Below are positions 39,209-50,982 of a stretch of DNA of 64,000 nt, piece after piece; the first letter of the stretch is position 1, and each line of letters begins with the position of its first letter. Both the position numbers and the translations under genes were made by a program. The notes beneath the pieces were generated by a model. The model was not told the origin of the DNA. It did not search any database and was given only the letters and a program-made list of their open reading frames with translations. This DNA is from Guillardia theta CCMP2712 (lineage: Eukaryota > Protista > Cryptophyta), in assembly GCF_000315625.1 (NCBI RefSeq), contig NW_005434503.1, positions 36,175 to 100,174 on the forward strand. Direction: 5' to 3'.

Positions 39209-42102
39209 TCACGCATGCCCCCTTTCAACATCTGCCAGCTCCTCTACGTCCTTCATGTTCACAATGTACACAAGTTCAGCAACAGCCGAAACCTTCGGGC
39301 CCTCGTCCAGCTTTGCATCTTGCTGTGCTCTTGCGCGATATCTCCTGATGGAGAAGGCGGAGATGCAAGCAACGCCTACTACTCCACAGGAGAGGATGAT
39401 GTAGCCGTACACAGACGTAGGGACTCGCGAGCTGACCGTGCTCCAGGTCCCTCCAGTCGCCGAGCCATTGGCGTACGAGGAGGCATCCGATGTGTTGGCA
39501 GGAGGATCCAGTCGAGGGTCAAGAGTGCGGGAGATTCCGGTGGACACCGAGCAAGAGATGAGGTGGACGTCTGGAAGGATAGCAACCAAGGTCGACTCGT
39601 TGAAGGTGGCTTCTTGTCCAACGAAGATGATCAACGCCTTGAAGAAAGCTGCCGTGACGGTAGGGGCCGAAGCACTCGACTGTGACGACGTCATGGAGCC
39701 GCTCCGATGGAACGCCAGGATCCTGACCTCCTGCACGGCGCCCAGCTCCGAGAGCCCCACGGAGAGACGCGATTGAAAGCTTTGCTTGAGCTTGACCAGC
39801 TCCATAGACGACTCTTCCAACGAGAGCCCGAGGCGAAAGTTGTAGACTATGGCCCCATTCTTCAAGAATCCCAAGGCTCGTGCAGCTTGCTCGGCTGGAT
39901 TCACAGGGAGTGCAAGTCCAAAAGAATTTTTCCCGGTGCTCAACTGCACGTCGAAGGCAACCCTCCTCTGAGAAGTTGTAGGCGAATATAAACTAATCAG
40001 AGAAATCTGAGACATCTAATCAGTTCGAAGCAAACAGATACAACGCAAGCTCTCACCATAGCCACCTTTGAAGGATACCATGTAACCGTTTGGTTGTAGC
40101 AATTTGCGGGATTGAACCACCACGCTCTATTGTATCTTCCATTCAAGAGGTACTTTCCTTGAACGATTGTAGCATACTGTATGCCCAGATTTCTAGAATA
40201 CTCAGACGTCCCAAACACGGTTTGGAAGAATGAGTTTTGTTCCATGCTTTGCGCAGTGCCATTCAATTCCATAATCGTCGTATCAACACACCCACCCGAG
40301 ATCCCTGGGGATTGTTTGATAACATTCATATCCTGCATGTCGTATCTCAAAAAGCATCCTGAGTTCGCTACAGTGTTGCACAGGTCAAGGAGTGCTGAAG
40401 TCGGTGTCATGGTTGGATGAAGCCCTGACTTGTCGATCGTGAGTGCCTGGCCTGACATCAACAGGCTCATTATTTCTTCATAGATGACACTGGAATCTGG
40501 GAAATGGAGAGAAATGACGTCTACAAGCTCGAGCACATTGTTTGCTGCACCCTGCAGGTTGAAAAAGCTGTCTTGTCCTTGCAAAACGAGAGTGACCAAA
40601 GCACTCTCAGGACTGGCAGCAGAAAAATTTGTTACAACCAATTCCCTTGAAGATGACTGGTTCGCTTGAAATAATATGTTTTCCAGAACTATCAATTTGC
40701 CATTCTGCAAGTTATCGATTTGATCTGTTGAACCAATAACAATGTCCTGGACAACATGTCAAATACATTGAAACAAGATTTGTTGAAAACCTACCACATT
40801 CGCCACATCGCTCAACACACTCACAGCTTTGGCTTCAGAGCACCAAGAAACATATCCGTTTTCAATCAAAGGGATCATGACCTGAAGATCCGTTGAGACA
40901 GTATTTCCGCTTAGATCTTGTGCAGTGACAGTAAACTCCATGAAGATGTCTTGTAATTTGGCAATGTCGTCTGAGGTAAAGAAATTTTCTCCAAGCGGTA
41001 TTCCAATTGAAATGAAGTTTCCTCCTGATTGATGAAGTTTCAACTGACAGAGATTAAGAATCGGTGCGCAGGTAGAGTCAAGGTTTGAAAACTTGTCCCT
41101 CAAGTTTTGATCATCCCAGATTGAATTGTTTGCCTGACTAGAGCATGCGCTTGTGAGATTCACTGTGCTGATATTCTTACCCTTCCCAACAAAGATTGAG
41201 TTCAACGGAATGATATCTCCATTCGACATATAGCTCGAAGATAACACGACCAGGACTTGGATGTAATCCAGCTTCGAAGCTCCCGAGTTGAGGTCAATCT
41301 GATTCAGCACAACAGACACAAAGTCGACGTAGGAAGTTCGTAGTGATGTTCCTCGTTGAACAGGGAGTATCCCTACAACAAAACAAATGTCAGAGGAAAC
41401 TAGATGTTTGAAGCAAACAGCACCTGTTTGCGACAGGCTAAAAGACTTTTTCACAATCCCTGCGTATGTGAATGGATCTCTGGTATGGAAAGTAGCCATC
41501 CCGATGTAAGTTTCGAGAGAGTGTTCACCGCCGTGCTCTTGATGAGACAGCGCAGCATTCATCTTCAGTTCCTTGGAGTCAAGTTGAAATGCCAAGCGAT
41601 CAGGTTTCGGATATCTCAGTCTTGAAACGTCCAATCCGATGATTCTTCCTTTGTCGTTTGGGGAGCTATACCTTTCTCTCTCAGACCTGATCTTAGAAGC
41701 TGTGCAGTCAATGTTCTCTGCATTGTCCGTGCCACTCGCAATTTCCGATGTCATCCAGAACTTTTGACCAAGAGTATCCAAGCAACAGAGGCCTCGCAAC
41801 GACCGTTTGCCAAATTTCGGTCTGCAGGGGAAAGAATTCGCTTCCTTTTCCATTTTGGGGTCTGACGCCTCATACAATCCAGGATTCGATGATCGTGGAA
41901 GGAAGAAAATACGCTTCTCCGATTCATCCTCGGATGTTTCGTGCGACAACAAGACGTTCCAGCATCCTGATTGCAAGCAATCTCTTTGAAACCAAACCTG
42001 CGTGACAGAAAAATGCTGGATTGTTTCATTTTCTTCTGAACACGAGCATCGCAGCAACAGGAGTAATATCCAAGGGATTTGCCAGACAGAGTGAGACTTC
42101 AT
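39209..42102 (-). CDS. Unknown type I membrane/surface glycoprotein, paralog A (4 exons)
   Basis: Signal peptide (WILLLLLRCSC), ~800-aa Cys-containing ectodomain and TM YGYIILSCGVVGVACISAFSI; clearly homologous to 55956-59158. Confidence 0.85.
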
Positions 42103-43806
42103 GGCGTCTTGTGTCAACACAAGACAACCGTGAACGCCTTTCTCCTCGCTGAGCTAGAGCAAATCAACATCAACGCTTTCTGGTTGGCCCTTGCAAGCGC
42201 ATCGATCAACGTTTGTGTGGGTTATGAATCTACAGTCTTGCTTCCGTCTTCATTCTGTCGTTCTACCCCAACTCGAGCTCTTTCCATCCTCCATCTCCCT
42301 CCTCTCATCTTCGAAAAGCCAAGAGTCCTTGCCCTGTCGCTCGGGCATAGAAGTCCGAACTTCTTTACCCTACCCCTGTGTACCCCGCAGTCCACCCCTC
42401 TTTCGCCTCTTTCTCTCTACCCTTACCCCCCTGAATCAGTCTTTGTACCCCCTTTCATGACCCTCTCTCCACCCCAGGAGAACATCTCTACCAGTACCTC
42501 TTCATCACCCCACCCCCCGAACTCACACCAACCTGACCCACCACCCCGGGACGGTTTACCAGGGTAAAACCTCTAAACACCCCAAATCCGACGACCCCTC
42601 GTTCCCAAAAATCTTGATCACCCCACCCCCATGATCTGACCTCCTAACTCCTACTCGCGGATTACCCCTACCTGTTACCTGTTGATTCAGATCACCGGTA
42701 CTTATTTTCGTCTAGCAAATACTACCCCTACGTGGTCTCTAAGGTTGTTTTGGTTCTCTCTGACCACCCCCACCCCTCATATTTCCAAGGCTCCATTTGA
42801 CCCTGTTGACAGCGCTTACACACTACACTGAAAGGACCACCACTGACTGGCGGCTGTACCAGTAGATACGAGGTATTACCACCCCACCCCTCTCACTGAA
42901 CCACCCACCACCGTCATAGGCTGATCACGTAGCGGCTGACTGCCTCTATGGGTATAGGCTAGTGGAGGGGCCCTAGTAGTAGGTTGCTACCCCTCCGAAC
43001 CCGGTATTTACAGTAGTAATTATTCTCAATGACCACCCCTGGTTCTATCGGGCGCAAAACGGAGTCTGAGAGATAACCACCCCTGGATCTCTGATCAACT
43101 GGCGGCACCCCCGGGTCCGACGGTCATCCACCCCCACCCCCCCTCCCCCCCACCCTTCGGCCTCTTTTGTCTGTTTCTTCAACTAGTTTTATGGGGAGAA
43201 ACATTCAGTCAACTGTCACTACCGGTACTTGCAGGCTGACAGCCGCGTTAGCCGGGACTGGCTCATCCGGAGGGGGTGGTCTCAGCCGCTGACTCGAGGG
43301 GCCCTCCCCGTCGGCTATCACCAGTGCCTGACCCGCTGGCTCGACCGTTTGAACTTAGTGGATCAATATGAAAATAGCCTTACATGGCCACCATAACCGC
43401 AGATCTCTCTTTCCGGGGCCGCCGCGGCCGCGCGTCCCGGAGCCTGCAGGAATAGGCTAGTGCGGTACCGTACTGCCGGGCACTGGCAGGGGGTACAGGG
43501 GGTGGGGGTCCGATCCGAGTCACTCCGTCGCCAAGCCCTACGAAGAGGTCACGATCAACCAGCGGGCGGCCGTAATAACTTAGCTTAACTTTGAGTAAAG
43601 AACCTGGTAGCAGGCCCACCACTCACACGCCCGGTCACGCTATCGCAGTCCGGGCCTGCCCCTCATACAATCCGGGCCCGGCGCCGGCCGGCGGCGCAGC
43701 GGCCGGCGCCGGCGGCGCTCACTAGTAGCGGCCACTGACGAGTCAAGACCGGGTCGCCGGGCCGGTCGGAGGGACTCCCGAGCGACCGTCGGGCACTGGC
43801 GATGAG

Positions 43807-45526
43807 ATGAGGGGAGGCATGCGAGTCGGGGAGGTGACGACGCTGATGGCGCTGTGGTGGGCGAGGGGAGCGAGCGGGAGAGTCTCAGCAGACAAGTCGG
43901 TGGTGTATGGCCCAGCTCTGAGAAGCAGAATCGTGACACCAGCTAGGTACCTCTTCATCCAGGCTGCGGACGAGGACGGGGTGAACTTCACGAGCTCAGC
44001 GGGTGCGGGTGCGTTCAGAGTTCAGGTTCACATCCTCGTTGGGGGGAAGAAGAAGCAGCTCAAGACCGAGGTCCAAGACAGGGGGGATGGGAGCTACCAG
44101 GCAGTGTTCTGGTATGGCATCCAGCCTGAAGCGCTCATCATCTCGGTCACCACGAAGGAGGGCAAGTACGTGAGGAAGGAGGGAGAGGAATCAGCGAGGT
44201 CTGGGCCCATCACGCTCAAGAAGGTGGAGGTGGAGCAGTGCTACTGTCCGGATCCTGATCCTGAGAGATGGGCGAAGAGTTATCAATGCAGGGAGGAAGA
44301 GCCGCAAATCTCTCGCGACTTCCAGCAGTTTGAGGGGATCAGCAATGCAGGGCTCGAGGACATGAAGCAGATACTGCGGAGGAACGACAGCAACTGTTTT
44401 GTGCATTACGTGGTTAGGAACAATGAACTGTATGGGAAGGCCTACGGGAAGTACCAGGGTTTCAAGAAGTACACGGATGACATGTTGCTTTCGCTGATGA
44501 GGAGGGTGGTGGTGCCTGATGTTGAGTTCCTGTGGAACGTGGGAGACTGGCCGTTGACCAACAAGTCTTCCCCTCCCTTCCCCGTGCTCTCCTTTTGTGG
44601 CAGCGCGAGCTCCTACGATGTGATTGTCCCGACGTACAAGCTGTTCCTGTCCACTGTCTTCGGGAAAGACCTTGAGAACGTCAACGACGTGGACGGGAAA
44701 TGTTACACGGCAGGAGGAGGGTGGGAACGAAAGATCGGGAAGCTCTTCTGGCGAGGAAGAGACTCAAACCCACAGCGGGTGAAGTTCGTGGAAGGGATTG
44801 CGTCAGAGCATCGAGATCTGATCGATGCTAATATCAGCAAGAACCACATGAATTACTACCCGTCGGAGGAGGAGCGGATGCGAGACAAGCTGCTGCAGGC
44901 CGGAAAGAAGGTGGAAAGAGTGAACTTTCTGTCCTTCTGGCGCTACAAGTACCTCCTCAGCCTGGATGGGACGGTGGCGGCCTACCGCATGCCTGCGCTG
45001 CTCGCAGGAGACTCGGTGGTAGTGAAGCAGAGCTCTGAGTGGTACGAGCACTTCTACTCTGAGCTGCTGCCCTTCACGCACTACATCCCCGTCAAGGAAG
45101 ACCTCTCGGACCTCCTCCTGCAGCTCCACTGGGCCAGGTAGGAGGCAGTTGGTGCATGTGGAGGCAGAGTGCGAGAAGAGAGGGAGGGAGGAGAGAAGGA
45201 GCAGGAGCGCGGGAGGGCAGCAATGACTCACTGTGCTCGCCAGGTCGCACGAGGAAGAAGTGCAGAGAATAGCGGCGCAGGGGAGAAGATTCGTGCGGGA
45301 GCGGCTGAGCTCGCAGCAAGTCTACTGCTACTACTTCCTAGTCCTCTCCTCCTACAATCGCAGCATGCTCTACCCCGTCGTCGTTCCTCCCGAGCTCCCT
45401 CGGGTGGAACAGCCGAGGCCGCAGACATCCTGCAGGTGTAGAAAGCGCAGGAAGAAGGAAAAGAGAAACGCGGGAGAGCAAGATAGGTGGAAGGGAGGGA
45501 TGCAACAGGGGAAACGGGAGCTGTAA
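43807..45526 (+). CDS. Protein O-glucosyltransferase POGLUT2/3 (KDELC)-like: filamin domain + GT90
   Basis: SVVYGPAL...PARYLFIQAADEDGVNFTS filamin-like start, CYCP, DVEFLWNVGDWP, FWRGRDS, YKYLLSLDGTVAAYRMP and HYIPVKEDLSDL. One intron ~45138-45243; C-terminus KREL. Confidence 0.9.
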
Positions 45527-45615
45527 AGGTGATTTTCAGTGAGGTGTGGGGTGATTGGTGAGGTGATAGTTTTTCATGATTAACTTGTTTCAGACAAGAA
45601 CAGGATACTTTGCCA

Positions 45616-48342
45616 TCAGGTCTTTCCTTGTCTCATCGTCAACTTGAAAGTTGAGATAGGGGAATTGAAATGAGAGCCAAAGGAGAAGCACGTCAGTCCC
45701 CCTCCCACGATGTACACGTCCGACCCTCCCCTCCCCTCCCCTCCTTCCTCTTTCTCCTCCTCTTCCTGTCCTCCCCCTTCGCTCTTCCGCGTGCTCCACG
45801 TGCCCCCTGCCCACATGTCTGTCTTGATCGAGCACAGCAAGGGCGCGCTGGAGTGAGGAGGAACGTGAAGCTCTTGCCATGTGAGCCGATCGAGGTCGAG
45901 AGCATAGAGGGGGAAGGAGAGATCCGCCGCCTCCTCCTGGTCAGTGCATCCTCCCCCGACTAGCAGAAACTTCTTGTTCTCTTCTCCTCCTGCCCGAGGG
46001 AGCAAGAGGAGACACGCAGAATGAGCAAACCTCGCGCAGGGCCGCGTCCCCCACGTCGTCAGCTCCTCTGATATGAGACGGACAGTCCTCCTCCCCATGT
46101 CCAGTCCAAGGAGAGAGATCCGATACAGCCTGTCGGAGAGGAGGCGGGTGGTTGGATCGTAACCTCCGAAAAGCAGGAGGTTTCTGCCCCCGTCTGCTGT
46201 GACGGTCCTGCCGATGGCGGAGGAGGGAGGAGTGCTTCCGCTCAGGCTGACCTCACACCAGCTCGCCTGAAGCTCCTCCTTTCCATGCCCCAACTTCAGC
46301 ACCAGCGCCTTCGCTCCACTACCAGCTCCAGCTACAATACCAGCTCCAGTCCCACTACCAGCTCCAGCTCCGGCTCCAGCTCCAGCAGCACTTCCTCTAC
46401 GAGGGCTGATGCCACCGAGCAGCACGACGATCTCGACCTGCTCGTTCTCTGTGGCCAATACGCCTGCTCTGTGCCTGAACGTGGGAGGAGGAGGGTTTCC
46501 AGCGCACAGCATCCTCTTCCACACGCGCTCCTGCGTGTCCAGCACAGCCACATCACTCATCACACTCGCCCGCTCCTCCTCCTTCTCCTCCTCCTCCTCC
46601 GTCTCCACGGGGTTCGGCGGCGAACTCCGTCCCCCGTGCACGACGAGGTAGCGATCGAAGACGGAGCAGGCAGCATGCCAGACGCGCGGGGAGGGTTCGC
46701 CCTTGAGACCAGAGAGGTTCTCGACCATAACAGCCCGTCCTGTCTCGTTGGCGCTGGGGTCAAGAGCAGGAGCCGGGGAGAGAGAAGCCCGCAGGAGTTG
46801 GTTGCTCCTCCCCCCGCTCGACGTTTGACCTCCAAAGATCCACAGCTCGTCCCTTATCTTTACAGACGCATGCCCCCAAAAGCCTCCTGCCCCTGCCCCT
46901 GAATCACCATCGCAAGCATAGATGCAAGACGCGCGGAGGAGTACTTCCTTGTTCGCAGAAGGAGGAGCAACGATTCCTTCCTCCTTCTCGCCTCGCTCGG
47001 CTCCAGCAGCCGAGGCTCTCCACCTGGGAAACGGCTGGACCAGCTGGGACATACTGGCTGAGCTGGTGATGGCCCAGGAGAGGCAGTAGTGCTTGCACTT
47101 CTCTTTCCACTCCTCCTCCTCGTCGAATTTCTCCCTCCTCTCCCCTTCCTCCACGCGCCCTCGCATCAGGACCTGCTCGTAGAGGTACGAGAGGGGGATA
47201 GAGTTTGATTCCTCCCATCCTGTCTCGAGGAGCCTCCGCTGCAGGGCTGCAGCATCAGGGGAGGACGAAATCGCCTTCAGCGCCTGCTCCTTCCTCTTCA
47301 GCGAGCTCGTCATCACCTGCCCGAACAGGTCGCAAGGGCCCGTCTGGTCGTAGGACACCAGAACAGCGTTGGGGAAGCGCTGGCGGACCCACAGGAGGAG
47401 ACGCCTGACCTCCTCCTCCTCGAGGTACTGCAGTACGCACTCCGCCAGCACTAGCGTCGGAGCATGCGAGCTGCAGAAGCGAGTTCGCTCTACTGCCTCG
47501 TCCAACTCCCGCAGCTCCCGCAGGTCTCCTCCCACCAGGATCAAGTCCGAAGTCTCCAGGCTCGTTCCCTCCCCTCCCAAGTCCAGCCGAATCAGCTCGG
47601 GGTGCTTCGTGTACACGTCTTGCAGCTGCTCTAGCCGGTGCTTCAGCATACGGCCGTCTCTTCCTACCTTCCCCAGCTCTTCGCACATGGCGACGGCACA
47701 GGCGAGCGGGTCTTGACGGAGCATGTCGCTCTTCCTCCTGAGCACGGCAGGCAGATCGATCTCCATCCACCTGACGTGGTCCAGCCGCTGCCTCTCCTTA
47801 AAATGCAGGTACGAAGTGTCGTAACCAGCTCCCAGCACCACCACCTGACTGCCCAGCTGCAGCTCAGCCGTCCTGTCGATGAAGCTCGAGATCAGCCCCC
47901 GGACCAGCTCCATCCTCACGAAGTAGCCCCGATTGATCAGCGCCGTCCTCCGGCACAGCCGCGTCTGGTACAGGCCCCTCCTCAGGAAAGCATCCTCCAA
48001 GTAGCCTTCCCGGCACGCCGATGCCTTGCTCATGGTCGAGTCGTCGTTAGTCCTCTCAATGCCGCGGACCCTCTGGGGATCCTGGCTCGCATCAGAGCAC
48101 CGGGGGACGCTCTCCTCTCCCTCCTCCTCCTCCGCTCCCTTGCCGCTCTTCCTCCCTCCCTTGCTCCACCGTATGACGCTCTGGTACCCCTTGTTGATAG
48201 TAGCGACCTTGGGCTCGAACAGCCATGCTCCTCCTCGTAGTTTCAACGGGCGGGCAGGAGGATGCGAAGGAGATTGGATCTGTGCCATGAGCAGGATGGA
48301 GGCGTCTGATATACACAAGAGGAGGAGGACGAGGATCTTCAT
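45616..48342 (-). CDS. TYW4: tRNA wybutosine-synthesising protein 4 (LCMT2): LCM methyltransferase + Kelch repeats, with N-terminal signal peptide
   Basis: TNDDSTMSK, LINRGYFVR, QVVVLGAGYDT, AECVLQYL, FGQVM, FDEEEEW...HY, Kelch repeats (IFGG, VHGGR, LFGG) and terminal GGGLTCFSFGSHFN. Confidence 0.92.
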   Translation of the reverse strand: MKILVLLLLCISDASILLMAQIQSPSHPPARPLKLRGGAWLFEPKVATINKGYQSVIRWSKGGRKSGKGAEEEEGEESVPRCSDASQDPQRVRGIERTNDDSTMSKASACREGYLEDAFLRRGLYQTRLCRRTALINRGYFVRMELVRGLISSFIDRTAELQLGSQVVVLGAGYDTSYLHFKERQRLDHVRWMEIDLPAVLRRKSDMLRQDPLACAVAMCEELGKVGRDGRMLKHRLEQLQDVYTKHPELIRLDLGGEGTSLETSDLILVGGDLRELRELDEAVERTRFCSSHAPTLVLAECVLQYLEEEEVRRLLLWVRQRFPNAVLVSYDQTGPCDLFGQVMTSSLKRKEQALKAISSSPDAAALQRRLLETGWEESNSIPLSYLYEQVLMRGRVEEGERREKFDEEEEWKEKCKHYCLSWAITSSASMSQLVQPFPRWRASAAGAERGEKEEGIVAPPSANKEVLLRASCIYACDGDSGAGAGGFWGHASVKIRDELWIFGGQTSSGGRSNQLLRASLSPAPALDPSANETGRAVMVENLSGLKGEPSPRVWHAACSVFDRYLVVHGGRSSPPNPVETEEEEEKEEERASVMSDVAVLDTQERVWKRMLCAGNPPPPTFRHRAGVLATENEQVEIVVLLGGISPRRGSAAGAGAGAGAGSGTGAGIVAGAGSGAKALVLKLGHGKEELQASWCEVSLSGSTPPSSAIGRTVTADGGRNLLLFGGYDPTTRLLSDRLYRISLLGLDMGRRTVRLISEELTTWGTRPCARFAHSACLLLLPRAGGEENKKFLLVGGGCTDQEEAADLSFPLYALDLDRLTWQELHVPPHSSAPLLCSIKTDMWAGGTWSTRKSEGGGQEEEEKEEGGEGRGGSDVYIVGGGLTCFSFGSHFNSPISTFKLTMRQGKT

Positions 48343-49135
48343 AGCAAACGATGATTGAATTGGTGCAGTGGAAGGGGAGGGAAGGAGAAAGAGTGAGAAT
48401 GGGGGGGGTTGAATGAGCTGGATGAAATGGTAGCAGGACACAGTGACAGCAGAAAGAAGAATAGGGTCAAGTGGATTGAGTATTGAGGAAGGGGGAAAAG
48501 GGAAATCAAGGAGGAGAGGGAAGGGGGGAGGGAGTATAGGGAGGGAGGGAGGAGGTAGTGGAAAGGTAGGAGGAGATGGGAGGAGATGGGAGGAGATGGG
48601 AGGAGATGGGAGAGATGGGAGGAGGTATCAGAAGAGGATAGGAATAGCTTCAGAGTTGAGGAGAAGCGGGGACGAAAGAAGAGGACGGAGGAGGAGGTAG
48701 TGAGGGCAGGTAGCGGATCCCTCCAGCATGGATTTCTGCACGCTGAGAGCTTCGAATAGGTGGGGGTACACAATGTGGGGGTGGGGGTACTGTAAATCAA
48801 GTCAAACACGTACTACTTACTGCGACGATCACCCCTCCTGTAAATTGGTCTTGCTAGTGTGGGTAGGGTAGTCAGAAAAAGGATGGTGGGGTACATAAAG
48901 GCAGCAGGGAAACAAACTCGAGTGAGGGAACTTGAGGCTCGGAGGAGAGAAGGGGGAGGAGGAGAGAAGAAGAAGAAGGAGGAGGAGGAGAAGAAGAAAG
49001 AGACGAAGGAGAAGGAGAAGGAGAAGGAGAGGAGAAGGAGAAGAAGAAGAAACTATATCAAGAGTTAGAATGGTGCAAGACAAACGGAGAAGGGACGCGA
49101 GAAGAACAAGAGAGGAAGGGCATTGACGGATTTAC

Positions 49136-50940
49136 ATGATGCTGTGGTACAGCAGCATGCCAAGGTTCGCCATATTCAAGCCTCATCGTCCGAGTTTCGT
49201 CTCTCTCCATGCTCAGCTGCGCAGGCAGGTCTGCCGTAACCTACAGACCTCAGGGAGGAGCAGACTTCTACATCCCCTCGTGCTGCCGCAATGGCGAAGA
49301 CCGTGCGACCACGCCGGAGCAGCAGGAGCAGGATCCGGGGCAGGAGCAGGAGCAGGAGCAAGGCTGCTATCAAGCAGCCCCCCGCAGAACTTCTGGCATG
49401 ATCGCACTTTCCTCGGGGCAGCAGCAGCGATGTCACTGGCTGTGTCCTCAAGCAACGTGCTCGTGCTCTACCCGATCAACGACTGGTTCACTGCTGGGAC
49501 GCTCACCTACCCCGTCACCTTCCTCATCACTGACGTCTGCAACAAGTTCCTGGGCAAGGCAGCGGCTGACCGAGTCGTCATGTCCGGCTTCGCCCTTGCC
49601 ATGCCTATCTCCTTCTTCCTCTCCGGCCCTCGGATCGCCATCGCCTCTGGCACCGCATACCTGACCTCTCAGCTCCTCGACGTTCGGATCTTCGATCGCC
49701 TCCGCCATCGCACATGGTGGGTGGCGCCGCTGGTCTCGACGCTGGTGGGGTCAGCGGTGGACAGCTCGCTCTTCGTCACCATCGCCTTCCTCGGGGAGCC
49801 GGTGCCATGGGTGACGTGGGGGATCGGCGACTTCGCCATGAAGGTCATGATGGCGCTGGTCATGCTGATGCCCTTCAAGGCCATCACTGGCAGCATCATG
49901 CGCAGCAGCAGACGCTCCTGGCATCTGCCGATCAGCAGGAGTCTTGGGAGGGGCGTGGGGAACTTGCTGTCAGAGTTGATCAGGGTAGGGGGCAAGCTGT
50001 CTCCTGCCCTCCCCACGGCTGGTCAGGAGCAGGTGGGGACGAGGCGGTGGGCTCCGAGCTGGATGTCTGGGGAGAGGCGCGTGTCGTCGAGGAGCTTCAA
50101 GATGTTCCATCCTACTGTGGACTGGCAGGCGGTGGAGGACGACCATGTGCTGCCTCCTGGGCTGGAGATCAGGATGGATGTGAGCAGCGGGCTGAGGTAC
50201 GCGCGTCTTCCTCCTCAGGTGAGATGGGAGGGGTGGGACCAGCATGTCGTGACGAGAGTGCAGGAGGAGGTTGTACAGAGAAGTCCGCGCGAGGAAGAGG
50301 AGGAGGTGAGTCCGAAAGAGCAGGCCCCGGCTCAGAGGGTTGTGGACGTTGAGGTGAAGGAAGAGAAAGAGGAGGAGCTTGAATATGTTCCGCACGTCAA
50401 CGTCGATGATTTTGACTACGAGCTGCCCGCTGAAAGGATCGCCGTCCGCCCTTGCAACCCGCGGGATCAGTCGAAGCTCCTGCTCTGTGTGGGAGACGAG
50501 CTTCTTCCTCGCTTCGCTTCTCTTCCTCCTCCCTCCCTCTCTGTCAACGGCTCGCACATCTTCGACCTCAACTTTATCGACGTTCCGGACTTCTTCCCCA
50601 AGAGCTCTCTCCTCCTCCTCAACGACTCCAAGGTGATCGCCGCCCGAATTCCCTGTAGCAAGAAGGACACAGGGGGAAGGTCTGAAGTCTTCCTGCTCTC
50701 TCCTCTCCTCCCCAGCAAGGATCCTCCTCAGGCTCTCCGAGCGAGCTCGGGGGAGGCTGTGTGGAAGACGATGATCCGTGGGAAGCGGATTGAGGTTGGC
50801 GACATCCTCGTGAGCCAGTCCATGGGAACCGACGGCACCAACAGCGCGCAAGTTCATGTGGAGGCTGAGGTGTTGGAGAAGGATGGAGCAGACGCTGTGG
50901 TCAGACTCCGCTGGTTCAATGCGAGCTCCAGAGCGCAAGG

Positions 50941-50982
<42 letters not shown>

